Source: Tubulanus polymorphus
Lineage: Eukaryota; Animalia; Nemertea
NCBI RefSeq assembly: GCF_964204645.1
Contig: NC_134030.1
Coordinates: forward strand, 7,234,778 to 7,298,777
DNA length: 64,000 nt
Reading direction: 5' to 3'
Positions 39,601 to 53,265 of this stretch are shown in pieces; position 1 is the first letter of the stretch, and every line of letters begins with the position of its first letter. The translations under genes and the position numbers were made by a program. The notes under the pieces were generated by a model, which saw only the letters and a list, made by a program, of their open reading frames with translations, was not told the origin of the DNA and searched no databases.

Positions 39601-42600
39601 CCATTCCCAACCGTATCAAATACCGACAAAAAAAAGAAACTCGTGACTCGTGACATTTACTTTGTTTTTCAACACATTTTAAAAACTCGATCCGTATAAT
39701 TTACCGCTATTATCATAACGTTTGTTCAAATTAAGCAAAGCTTATTTCCCCCGTAATTCTTTTATTACGGGGGTTCATCATCAAAGAAGCCATACGAAAG
39801 GGCGAGTAATTCATTGTTTGTAATGTTTTATGGCTGAAAGTCGACCTGACGTATCCATTACAAATCCCGAGAAGAATTGGGGATCTTATCCATACGAAAA
39901 GGGTTTGTCAGGAATCGCTAACGTTTCACTTATTTCTACTTTTTTACTTTTTATACTTTTTCTTATCCATTTCATTTACCTATTCATTTCAGACCACGAA
40001 AAACCATATAACTAAACTATATATCTATACAAAATATGCCAATCATTTTACCTTGACTTTATTTCATAGCTTTTTTTACTATAAACGATAAGAAACCCGA
40101 CTTCCTTTACCTTGAGTAATGAAATAACGTAGTTTGCTTGCCGGGTTTATTGTTTAATGCGAATATCTGAACCACTATGGGATAAGCATTGAGACGCCTA
40201 CCTGGCATTCGCCAAGATAAACACAAACTGTGCGATATTCATCTATGCAAACAATAAAACACCCGCGCGCTTTTTTACGCGTCATCTCGACGAACAGACT
40301 AAACCAAAACACAACGCCGAGAGCCGGTGGCGTGAATCAACTTACAAAACGATTTAATGCTTCAACGAACGCGCGAACTCCTGTTTAACTTTCTTTTACG
40401 TATGTGCCAGTTGCTGAGATGATTAATCCGAGGTGGTGCTGACTATATCCATTCCCGATACTAACGCAGACGTTCTCCGACCCCACCCATCATTGTATTA
40501 ATATATTCGCGTTATCATATTGCAATTATCATCATTCGTTCAGCACACCTTATATTAATACCGTGGTCGTTGAGTCTGTAAAAGTTCCACGCGAATACTG
40601 ACCTAAACATTACATTTAATAAGCAACGCTTTCAATATAATATACCAAGAAGGATAACCGCCTTCGAAAGGGGGATTGGTGTTGAAACATATCAGCGTTA
40701 CAGGGAATCTCCCAAAACTGCCAATGGTATAGCTCACTAATTTCCTCACAGGGTAGACAAATGGTAGCAATATGGCTGATGTTTTTATTTCATTTTGCTA
40801 TGATATCTTTTTTACTAAATTCAATGCCTCCTTGTAATCATTCATATTCCAAACTATGCCAGAAAACTTCCCAGGGTTATTCAATACCAAAGAATTGTCA
40901 CATAAACATGAAACACCCCACCCAATAACCGTCATGTGTCCTTTAAAAACACCCAACCAATTTACACAGTTATCTAGTCATATACGTAGATTTACCTGTA
41001 TGCGTATAATGAAAGAAGTAATTTACCTGTTCGCGTCTGAGTCATCCGATGTTAGTTAACAAACTGAATATATTTTTTTCAATATTTTCAAATAAGTCCC
41101 GGATGAATCGCAGCTCAAAGCGTCGTGTATAACGTAAGGCGATGAATTTCGTCTCTCAAAAGCGCTCTTTAAGAAATAGCTATCTATTTCTAACTCGAGT
41201 GGTCCGTCTTAAATGCACTAAAAACCGTTTGATGTTAAGGCTTTAGCGGTCATGTTGCAAAAGTTAAACGTTCCGTACATCGATAGCTAAAATTCGAAAC
41301 GTTATTATCATACAAAATAAAGACGCTAAGTAGGTTTTTTGTTCGTGATCAGTTGAGAGTTTCTCTCGGTTAAGCCGTCTATTTGAGCATCGATGTTCTT
41401 ACTTCTAAAGTGCAAATCCGCCGTTCATTTTCATATCAGATTATAAGGGCCAAATTACACGTTTTGCAAAGAATAACGAAACCGTTTCTGATTTCTCGAG
41501 ATCCTTCGGAAAAAAGTCGACTCGCTACAACGCTCATCCAGTGGCAAGCGGGTATATAAAGTTTGCAATGAACATTGGAGAAAACACGTGGAAGTTGGTT
41601 CAGTCATGCTGACACAACTGCGGGAATCAAACCCAAACGCTATTCAGAAACACGAACAGCAGAAAGCTATAAATCCTACCATTTTCTCTTTGCGTAAAGA
41701 CTATGTCTTAGTTTTATATAGTAGCGCACTTAAAATTGCAAATTTTCAACAAATATTTTTGTTCACATACAACATACTAACCCTCCCCTCCCACACCGCA
41801 AAGATATGAGCGAATAATGCGAATACTTTTCATTTTACGGAACAGCGAGTGAGATGTACGGATGTGGTGATGGCGAAAAGTAAAAGATGATTCAGATAAA
41901 CTTTCATCTATACTTCGCCCGTTGTTTGCCGTTTAGTGGTTCAACAGCTGTTAAGCATCAACACGCTTTCAACCACCACTCAACTACAACGTATATTTAA
42001 TCGTACTGCAACCAACCATGTCTGCAACTGTTGCGCACCATAGTCATGCTATACGGTTTCGCTATATCCGTATCCACAATATTTTAGCAACATTTGTTCA
42101 TCGTGGTATAAAAATCAACGCTTGTTTGTTTTCAAATATATACGCGATGTAACCTCTTGAAAGCGAAAGTGAAAATGACATGACCCGCATAGGAGCCGGA
42201 TAACGCGGAAGCGAAGTGCGTAGCGCAGTTTTCAGTTTTCGGCTCGTGTGGGGGTGATTTTTCCAACGCATCTTGCCGTTCGCCATGGATCAAAGTTTGA
42301 CATTTTTCGACGCAGGGCAGAGTGCAGAGAACTATATTCTCGATACTCAGCGTCCATACAATTAAATTCAATTCAAAATATACATGCACGAAGAGAGTTT
42401 CACCAAAGACCCTGCTTCAAATCGTAGATATCCACTCGGGAAGGAATGTCAGAAACTATGTGAATCGTCCATTGCCCTAAATATACATTAAAGGTGCGGG
42501 AACTCAACTTAGCGGAGAATACCCATACTATTTCAAAGGTTTTTAAACGTTTAAAGCTTTATGTATAGACAAAACGAAGCATCGGTGATCTCTTATCGGA

Positions 42601-42914
42601 ATCCGCAACTTCAAACATCCGTCAGTGCGCTTATCAGTGGTTTATCATCGCGGCAATTACCAACATCTTTAAACCCCGAAGAAATCACCACCACCTCCCT
42701 GCTTTACGCCGTAGTTTTACCTGACTATAATATCTCATACAAACAACTTAAGTGAGTAACTAACAGTGTTCTCCTCGTCAGGAAACATGCGGAAAATACA
42801 CAATTCTAGAATAGAGAACGTACAACGTATAGCAAAATGTTTGATCAGCGAAACCATACAGCTTAGTGAAACATATTCGAGCTAAGTTCACTGGGTTATC
42901 GGAGTTCATTCCGC

Positions 42915-43080
42915 ATTATTCTATAAAAGATGACCGCCTCCTAATAGATTCCCTTATGACGACGTCATCAAATCTATAAGACCAATCTTATAGGTTCGAG
43001 CCAATAGGATCAAATCACAGTGGTAGGCAATTTGATGATGCTAGGGATTTAGGAAGGCACGCATCTTATGGGAAGTGCAA
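42915..43080. mobile_element. Old degenerate fold-back (MITE-like) element
   Basis: Left AAGATG..GCCTCCTAA..TCCCT..TCATCAAAT mirrors right ATTTGATGA..AGGGA..TTAGGAAGGC..CATCTT; two central CCAAT motifs. Boundaries are approximate. Confidence 0.45.
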
Positions 43081-44179
43081 TAGAGCACAAACCAAGATTG
43101 ATTCGAGAACAGGGAGTTTTATCGGTTCTGTTTACAGACAAATGCGGAAGGGTAACAAACGACGACTACAATCATCAATAACAAACAGTATCATCCCCCT
43201 ACTTTGATCTACGAAAGATGGCATCTTAAAGAGTTGTATGGTGCGGGGTGGTGTATTGTTTATCGTTATTTTCATATTCTCGTTGAACTGTAAATAACCT
43301 TCCGCATCATGTCAAACGAAGTATCAATGATATTAGGAAATTAGTCGGATTTTGTATCTGCTTCTTCGGATTTCAGGCTGATATTAAACAGAGGAACGCG
43401 CAGACGCATTATAACGCCTTGCAGGCGACTGGAGCCAACCGGTTATCAGCAGTCCCTTCGTGTTCTAACTACAACATTTATACTGTTTATCCCCGCGTGT
43501 CTGAGCAGAAACACCGTAAAATGTTGAATCTGTGTTATCGTAAAAAAATCATTTTGGTAAATCTCTTCGTTACATATTGTAGATAAGGGTGTCGGGTAGG
43601 AAAGATTTTCACTGTCATCCGCACAACGAAACAGGTCTGATTAGAGTAGAACATGTTTTTCTCTCGATGTTGCGCATCTGCTAGGATGATGGTCTCAACC
43701 AGCTTGTACTATGGATCTTCAATCGAAATATCAGGACAGATCCGGGTGCCTCTATCGAGATATCCCACTTCCGAGAAAACCAGGACACGAAAAAATGGCT
43801 CAGAAAACTATAGATCATATATAAACTAGACTAGAGGTCCATTGTATTAAATTTCAACGATGTCATTTGATTTGAGGGCCCGGAAAAAACGGGACTTCAC
43901 CACAATACCGAGTGCGCTTTATTCATTGCTTAGAACGATTCACCTAATCACAGTTTGACAGCTGTTCAAAGCTCTATCGATTTCACGTCATGTAATAATG
44001 TCACTGATTTTTAGATTTCAAATTGATTTCGCACAAAACAAAAGAATGCATTCAATTACGAAACCATAAAACGAGGTTAATGGTACTAATAATAATAGTA
44101 ATAATAGTTCTATTTGTTATCAACAATTCGAATTATATGTATATGCATAAGGTAGCTTGTTACATGAAATTGCCGCTTA

Positions 44180-44448
44180 TCTGAAATCTGTATCTATAGC
44201 CGGATTCGGGGATAGGCCCCAAAAAGAAAAAGGATGAATGTTTGTTACGCTATACTACTCTTCAGCCACGGCTCCTAGAGACGTTAAATTTGGTATTCAT
44301 GACCGAAAATATGCGTAAAATCTCCTGAGGGCGATAAAATTTTTTCAATGTTCAATAAAAACCAGAGAAATAGCATTTTGTACATCAGTGACGTCATTGC
44401 ATTTCGGTGATTTCTACCTGCATGCTGCAGTGGGCAGGTATTTGCTAG
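44180..44448 (+). mobile_element. Probable non-autonomous Helitron
   Basis: 3' hairpin TACCTGC (44415-44421) / GCAGGTA (44434-44440) followed closely by CTAG|T (44445-44449). 5' A|TC starts at 44180 or 44187 (TCTGAAATCTGTATCTATA). Internal GTTTGTTACGCT phrase as in short invertebrate Helitrons. The 5' end is ambiguous. Confidence 0.65.
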
Positions 44449-45220
44449 TTATTCTCAAAAGGTTTAGTACCAGAAGGCCATAAACATTCAATATTTTAGG
44501 AGGATTCGAATGAATGAAATATGCAAAGCTACGGGTCAGGACCTACGAGACCTCCACATAAAAAATGTCTGTTTCGAAACCACATGGGTATGACCCATCA
44601 ACGCGATAGCAGCAATTAGTCGAAAAAAAACCTATTCAATTAGCCTTCTCATTCAAAGTGCCGGATCGAATGTCGGCAGAAAATTGTTAAGTTTTCCGCC
44701 TGATTGAAAATTGTTTGAAATACTACTCGGCACTGACGTGAAGAAACAGGTAAGAATCAATCAACCGCGGTTATCTATAGGCGCACTCAATCGCTACTGA
44801 TATACCTAACACAGGATAAGATAAGCCACTGATAAGTATGGAGATGGAAGCCCCGAGAGATAAGAGTTAGATGTTTTCAAATCTGATCGCTGATCGTTTC
44901 GAACTAAGAGGTTACGGATGATACGAAGGTGAAGATAAAAAACCCGTCTAAGATCGGGCTCATTACATAACCATATATCACTGTAGTATTACCACTCTGT
45001 TTACTTTCCAATCTGCTGAGTCTTTGTTATTGACACAGATGTGAAAATGAGGGAACTGAATCCACCAGATAAACGTCTGTGAGACCACTTAACTCGCTGT
45101 GTTATGACTGAACTTAACAACGTTTGACTCCTTTTTTAACTATACCTGGAGAATAGCAAATGTTCTTTCGATAAGGACCATTTTGTACCCGATATACCTA
45201 GAGTATATATAGTATATCAG

Positions 45221-45338
45221 TTCATTTCTATAACTGCCGGGTCTGTTATGATTAGCTTGACCATGATTTTAAAAAGGTATTGTAGACTTTTAAGCTCAGC
45301 AGAAATGAGAAGAAAAATATATAATTTTTAGCCTTATC
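45221..45338 (+). repeat. Interspersed repeat family A, copy 2
   Basis: Aligns with 10594-10740 but lacks the GC-rich internal segment. Confidence 0.8.
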
Positions 45339-48300
45339 TCTAACCAGCTACACGTAAAATTTTTTGATGCAGATAACGTTGATCCCCGACATATTACATG
45401 TAACCCATCCACCTATTCTTAGCGGGCGATAGACTTTTCTGAATATTCAGCTGCCTACGAAAATCAACCGCCGATAAAAACCCGTTTAAAAACTATCGAT
45501 AATTGCTCTTTGTAAATAACACAGGAACAGTTCATCCAGACGCAGACCCGACTTGAAAAACTTTTCAAACAAATATAACTCGATTGCCTCTCATACGATG
45601 TAACTATCAGGCGAATGTTGGAATGCTAAGTTCATTGGGGATAGACTATATTTTTTGTTCGGCACTCGAAAATAAACATCTCTTTCACAGTTAGACAGCT
45701 AGCAAATGAATGAGATTCGCGGCAAACGTTGTTAAACCGCGCCGAAAATGCCTAGAATAGACGATGAAATATCGAATCCTCAATTTCCTGATATCTATAG
45801 AATACATATATACGAAATACTGCTGAGTGGCCATAATAAGATTTTTGAGGTTTTCACTATGCAGTCCCTTGGTTGTATTTGTATGAACTAATTATGTCGA
45901 AAGGCATGTCGCAGGCGTGGTGTGCCTATACACACCAAGATTTCGTAGAATCTAACTACTGCGTTACACAAAAAAAAACTGATACAGAATCTAAAACGAA
46001 TACGAATACTCAAACCCTTCCGCGGTATAATGGAGGAAAAGTGTATTTTTGAGTTGTTAAAGGTCTACGCCACTAGTGGTGAAATAAGGAGCTTATTGTG
46101 TAGGACGTTGGTTGTCTTTTAGTAACATGATTGCTCTTCGTCAACTAGTCAAGTAATAGATGATGCATTTTCCACGTTTTCTAGGTACTGGATTTAAAGG
46201 TTACCCACAGTCAACAGATATATCATTACGGGCTACAATACGCAAATGCAATTGCAAATGCACATTTCTATCTCTCGGTTAAGGAGCTAGAAGAGATGAC
46301 CTTATTTCAAAAATTGGGGTACCCATTTTAAAGTCTTTTCTAACATACTATTTTTTCGTTTTCTACAAAGGTTACATAAGTTCAATTATACCTGGTGATC
46401 GAACGGAATGACCAATCAAAAATCCTGTGAGTCATTGGCTCTTATTTGTAGAATCACAGCTTGATGACTACAAGCAAAGGAGAAATTGACGTGAGTCCCA
46501 TCGTCATACCGGGTATCGAACAAAAAACAGTAAAGTGTATAGATATGATCAAATGGGCTAGCCTGATCTTATCTTTGGTCTAGACTGTGGAACCTTTCGC
46601 CTGTTTGTCATTAATTGGAAAAACACGTATATTATCATTATGAAAATATGTGTGTAATGGTTAATAAATTGTGAAGAAATATATACATACGAAGGGGGAG
46701 CTTTGTGTATTCAGTGAATATTTGATTATGACGTTTGACGGAGGTAACCCGGTCAAAAAGTGCGTTCATACATTTACTTGCGTAAAAAGGGCACATTGTC
46801 TGCGCCCCTAATGATGCCTGCAGCCACCAGCATAGAATTATGAAATAACCATAATTTCTACAGATGTCAGAAATAAAAGAATAAAAGATCTGTCTGATTC
46901 GCCAATTTCTGTATGGCTTTTGTATATGAAAAAATTGTTTGATCGTCGTTTCATCATCGGATGTTGTTTGAGTCATATACGCCGGTTTCGTAGATTTTCC
47001 GCCGACGAAACGGAAAGCGGCGGTTTTCCTGTGATATTATCGAGAATGAATGAAGACACTATGTTTTAGTTACGTATCATTAAGTGCTGGTTTAAAAGGA
47101 TCGCGCCGGTAAAAATATTACGAGATGCCAGGAATGAAGAGCTCTCAGCGTGTCGGTTGTTTTCGTAGACAACGGATACCCACCACAAGCAGCGATAAAA
47201 GAAACTTCAACAACTGAATGAAAACTAAGTTTGATTCTCTCGCAACTCGGCGTGCAGCGCGATAACGCTATCGTCGTGATTCTGCATGATGAATTTTGCT
47301 TTCGTAAGCTTACTCATAATATTATTGAGCTCCTTCGAGAAACAATGACCTTTCCAATAATAGAGACGAACGGTATTTCAAAAGCGTATCTGATGATCCC
47401 TCTCTATGACCGATTCTATAATAAATGATACGGAAATAATATTGAGAATTAAAACCTCTTTGAAGGGAATGGTAAGCACTTCTTTCTTGACGAAGAAATG
47501 ATAGGTAAGATACCTATTGTAATCAACTATTCTCTATTAGTCGTCAGTGGAGCATTATTTTGGATTGTTCAGATATGCCAAAATACGCGGTATCGCATAG
47601 GATCCGTGATACCGCTTACGAGATACCGGTATCGTCGAAACCGATCTGAAGATTTGATAGAAAGCATTTTGATAGAAGAGGACATTTCCAAAACCCAATA
47701 GTGTTGCCATGGGTATTTCATTGGGCCAGTGATTTAACCCTCGGCAGTCCAGTTCCAGGTTAACATGAAAATAACGACACTATAGTAAAAACCCATTTAC
47801 CTTGAGGCTGGCTACCTTTTAAGACACGATGATAAAAAAGATACGGGATCTACGCTTGGATTATCGCAGCGAGATTTCGCGTTGGCGCCATATGAAAATA
47901 ATACAGGATAATCACAGAATTTCCTGTTAGGACAAAATGTGTTCATAGTCGCCGAAATCGATAGAAGCAAACCGGTGACGTGTACTTATACGTGCGTATC
48001 TTCTCACCCGTTATATTCTGATATAAAAATAACTAATGTCCGCAGAAAAAAATTCTCGGCAAAGAATGAATGAACTAGCATGCCAGCGACAGAGCGAAAG
48101 AGAGAGTGAATAGAAAAAAATGAATTAAGTAGGAAAATTCCCTCAGGTGTTCGGAGGAGTCACGTTTCAGGATCACAGGCGTTTTTTGTGTAACGTAGTC
48201 CGGCTTTATCAATAATTTGTTTCCAGGTGACGAGGTTTACAATGACCAGTTATTACCTCAGAAGGTCTACATAAGGTCGGCCGGAGAAAATAGCCTGACT

Positions 48301-49508
48301 CATTTCACAGATGTTATAGAGCTGTATCCGGGCGTAATGGACCGACTTAGGAAACCTTCTCGAGTCCAACCAAGCGAACGTTTTCGTCAGTACCAAATGC
48401 TTTCGCTGTTTAAGTGCTGAATCCGGATAACTTTTTTTTAGATTGAACTTTTAAGATACACTTAAAATACGTGTTCGATCCATACAATGCATAGTTAGAT
48501 CATGGACTCTATTTCGTTTTGAAGTCCAAGGTTTAGAACTAGATGTGTCATCAAATTAGACAATCGATTACGTAAAACGAGTTGCTAGTTGTAAAAATGA
48601 ATACATAGACATATAAATAGACGTCTTACCCACAGTAGTGAATGAAATGAAAATCCTTTAATTTGTCGGTTTCCAAACAGTAAGATTCCGCGTATATAGT
48701 AAATGTTTAACAAGTTGCTACGGTACACAAACATACAATCCAAGAGCATCTACTGTAATTTCTAGTGCTGTAAAAGTTAAACGAGTTACTGATGAGGAAT
48801 GTACCATGTGCGGATTACTGCAGGGGTGACCCCGCGGTACAGGTCAACAGGCGATAGATGTGTAGCGTAATAAACGCACAGCCTACTACCCCTCGCCGAA
48901 GATTGTTCAACGTTTAACAGCTGTTTCTGACCTCGAGTGATAGACACTGACAGATATGAGAGCTGAAGCATCAGCTTGACTCATTAAAAATAATTATCAA
49001 AACACCAGCTTAAACTGTACGCTAAACATTGTGTCGCCATAATCAATGATGACAGGTTATCGTCACCGGGTCGAAATCCAGCTAAGTTCCATGTGATAGG
49101 GCCAGAGCAGAGGCGCGATGGGTGTGAACGCGGCCCCTTCGCCAAAGATTTCCGCCAATTTCTGAAAAGAATACTAACTCTCGTGCATGTATTCTAATAC
49201 GAATGGGTGGAAAGAATTCCACTGCGTAATAGTCTCAGAGTGCATATTCAAGAGATTGTTTTCTGGGCAAACATAGAGAAATTTCGGTGCTCGCAATGTC
49301 GGTTTCGTCCACGTCATAAAATTTCCAGTTTCATGAAAGTCGAAGGGAAAAAGTGAAGTCAAGAAGAAATGTCCCAGTACACAACCCTCCGATACAAATG
49401 GAATTGACATTGGCCAGTCGCTACGTTTTAGTTGAACCAACTCAAATCAGTTTTATCAAACTAAATCTTTAAGTAGCAGATTCCATACATTTTGATTCAG
49501 CGGAAATG

Positions 49509-49646
49509 CAGGGGCAGATAGAGTGCCTATAGAAACTGTATGAAATTGCACTGAAATTTCTAAATTTTCCAGCCACTGTATACGCTGCGTGGATACTTGC
49601 CCTTTCTTTGTGCTCCTGTCTAAGTCTGCCCCTGGATCCACCCTTG
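49509..49646. mobile_element. CAGGGG-terminated MITE remnant (hAT-like)
   Basis: CAGGGGCAGA (49509-49518) and TCTGCCCCTG (49625-49634) are a 10-bp inverted match; the following CCCCTGGATCCACCCTTG is an alternative right end. No TSD identified. Confidence 0.5.
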
Positions 49647-51232
49647 AAATAGGATTCCCTTGTCCGATGTATGCCCAAACCTTTGATGTGGAATACGGTC
49701 CAACATTTCTGAACCTTCTACGCGCACGTCAATGAGTTCAGATTTGAAAGCACAGATTGCACTTTGAATTAACGAGCGTCTCAATTGGATTGTAAATTTG
49801 ATTAGTAATTAATTGGGTCGCGTAATTAGAACAAATCTCAGTATCCCGAGCACGGCACTATCCCCCTTTCATCAAGACTCGTGTCTGCTGGAGCCACAGA
49901 ATTTCAAAACTCTTCGATGTCTTGTCATACATTAAACCTTTACCCACTTATATTTATTCAGTTTGCCGCGCAGTAAAACGAAGTTCCTCCCAAATCTAAA
50001 CCGAAGTTTCTTCAATCAGACGAACTGGTAATAAATGCATTCATGATATGCCGGAGCTCCGGGAAATGATATAATAATATTCAGTCGTTATACGATATTA
50101 TGCCGTTAACGTGCGACCCCAATGAATATATTAGTTACTACATTTCTCATAGGCCCGAACGAAACTCGATACAATTAACAATTAGAATTTAACGAATGGT
50201 AATCGTTTGAGGGGTAACATAAGTACCGACTGGACAAGTTGTGTGTGTGTGTCACCATCTGTAACATTTATAATCGTGTCTACCGTCACACGTCTGAGTC
50301 ACGCCGCGTTCAGTTATATACACTCAAACACCACGGCGTCATGTAACTTCACAGTAACAAGATTAAAGAGGAAATTTACACTTAGTTACGCGAGTCCTAT
50401 TTCGTCAGTCGCTAAACTTTTGTTCAGATCCGAAATAAAAACCATCGGAGATTTTACAAACTAGTTTTAACTTTTAACTGATACTGGGGGTGATTCAGAT
50501 GAAAGGCTCTATCAAGGGTTGAATCTAGAAGTGACCTGTTAACCATGCACTGGTCTGTATGAGACATAGAAATCTCAAGATAGTTTACCTAGAATGTAAG
50601 GGAGTGCAGCAGGTGAGTTTTATTTTCACTCCAGGTTGAATGTTCATCGTGCAAATATGAGATGGAGGTCCCCGAAGGTATACAACTAATAACAGTTAGA
50701 GTGAGACCCTAATTAGACCCTAGACTTAATGATTTTAATCAATTTCCAATGGTAATAATAATAGTTCGATATTCTTTGTTTTTTCTTTGTTCAGAACAGT
50801 CAAGTGAACGGCAGCGACGACTGCTGACAATCCGATCAAACACAGATCCATACATCGGGAACATCCACACTGTGACAAGAATTGTACGGTTTGTGCTCAT
50901 CTTCACGTCTTCATAATTAGCGACGATCATATAGAATCAACATTGAGTCATAAATACGTCTTCTGTGATCTCATCTTCCGTATCATCTCTGAGTGAAGTC
51001 AAATATTTGGACCGCAACACACACACACTCAGACACACACACATGATCGCGAGCGCACCGACTGCGTGAACTATTCTATTCAAAGATTCCGGCGTCAAAA
51101 CTTTCCGTCTTAGAAACCGAATAAATCTAATAGAGGCACAGGCTATCACAATACGAACGCTTATTAGACTCGATCTAGTTCATTAGTATGTTCAATTTGA
51201 TGAAATTGGATTTACCGAAGACAACAATGAGA

Positions 51233-51247
51233 GCTGCCCTCTACTGG
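51233..51247 (-). promoter_or_regulatory. CTCF-consensus motif match
   Basis: Minus strand CCAGTAGAGGGCAGC fits the CTCF core consensus CCASYAGRKGGCRS at every position. Motif match only, with no binding evidence. Confidence 0.4.
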
Positions 51248-53150
51248 TTGATTTCGGTACTAATGTTAGTACGCGGATTATCAACAATCCCCGCTGCATT
51301 TAACTCGAACTGGCGCTCATGATAGTTTTCACTTTCCTTAATTCACAATTTTAGAAACTATCCCGAACTCCGACGTCAGTTCCGTCGCATAACAATTCAG
51401 AGGGTCTCAATTTTTGTCTGAGCTTACCAAGTTTAATTGAATGTATCACATGTCATTCATCATCTGGAGTATTCAACCACGCATTTGAAAAAAAAAACTG
51501 TATAGAAAACTGTAAAAGAAACTTTTCAAAAACTTTGTTAAACGTTTCCCTCTACAAAAAAAAATCAATAACTTGGATGACATTTAGTGCGTATCGGTAA
51601 CAGATTGACTTCAAAACGAGATACACATATACCGGTACATGTATAGGAAAAGATCGCTTCGGGGCCTCTGAAATAAACACAAATTCACTATACCGCATTC
51701 GTGCGAGGAACTGGTTACCGGCAAACGCAGGCGATGTTTTTTCGGTTCTTTTTATATAACTCGGAAGGTTTTTGAGCGAAGCCTCCGGCAAGTTTCGTCA
51801 TTTCTGAGCATCGATACGCGGCGATGACACGATAGGAAAAATAAACGAAAGACAAAAAAAGAAAAGAGGACAGGCGCTCGCTCGCTCCCTTTCATCGCGC
51901 GTCGCCAGTCGTTGTGTTACGTGATGATGGTGTCTGATGGATTAGCGCTCAGCCTGTGTTTGACACCCATTAACAACGCGTTATTTTCCTGATAGGCGAT
52001 CGAATCGTATACTAAAAGTACCCGAGATTATTTCCGATGACTGGTCGATCGTTTTTTTTTTAAAGAGCCATTTCTCGCGGTGGATGGGAAAAGAAATTGA
52101 TCCCGAGCTTGGTTCACGACCTGAGGAAATGTCTAGCTCGATAGATTCCCAATCTTCCTTGGTTTAAGGTTCACACGCGACTCACAATGGTCTCTTGTGA
52201 GAGTCCAAATTCTTGTCTCAATTTTTTCTCTTTGTTTCGTTCATTGAAGCCAACCGCTTACGTTCTACTCATGCTGTGCTATCTTCTGAAATAGCAGCAT
52301 TTTCAAGGTAACCATTTTCATCTTCGTTTTCATATTCTAGGTTCCGGTACATTTTTAAACCCATTTCCTCCATCCATATTATATTCCCGTATCGCCATGG
52401 TAATCGGGATATAAAAATAAAGAAGATTAAACTTAAATCCATTATAAAGCTATTTCCCTGAAACTACTTTCTAATCGATGATATCATTTTTATCAACCCC
52501 TGGCAACTTTCTTTCGACGACAAAAGACTAGTTTTTTTTTCGATTGTGTTTGTTCAAATAAGCAATACCTGAAACGTGTAGCGGTACTATTTCACATTCG
52601 CTCCTCGAAGGAGGGCCACTTGTCTCGTAGTGTGTGCTAATGGGCAAATAAGCAAACAAACGAGAAAATACAAATATTTGATGCACTTAGCGGAGCTGTT
52701 AATCGACAGTTTTACGTTTAATCAAATGCCTATCACGCAGTCGTACGTTAAACACGAACTAAATTGTTTCAAACATTTCACTCCGGCGTATAAACTAAAA
52801 GTTGACGCCAAATTTGACTTAGCAAAGAGGTTTGATTTCGAAACTAATACATACGACAAACAGGTGAATGTTCGCCAAAATGTATTGAAAACCAGTGAGA
52901 GCCCCTTTACTGTGGATGCGATATCTCTTGATGTATAAACTAACTAATACCCACACACGCTGTCGGGTCGCTTTATTAAACTTTCCTTCGATAATCATAA
53001 TTTAGTGCCCGACGCGAAATTGGCATCATACTCCATACAATATCATTGCAATAAATAACATTTAGATGAAATCATTCGCTGGTAATTACATTGTGATTAT
53101 TAATCGCCATGTTTTTCATTTCGTTTAATGCATTTTTCTGCAATATGCAA

Positions 53151-53156
<6 letters not shown>

Positions 53157-53240
<84 letters not shown>

Positions 53241-53265
53241 ATATATATATATATATATATATATA
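53157..53265. repeat. (TA)n microsatellite with one interruption
   Basis: Direct reading; CC interruption at 53238-53239. Confidence 0.98.

Noticed and set aside
48217-48420. 67-aa ORF downstream of a good acceptor (TTTGTTTCCAG)
   Set aside because: No recognisable homology and no partner exon; the length is within chance.
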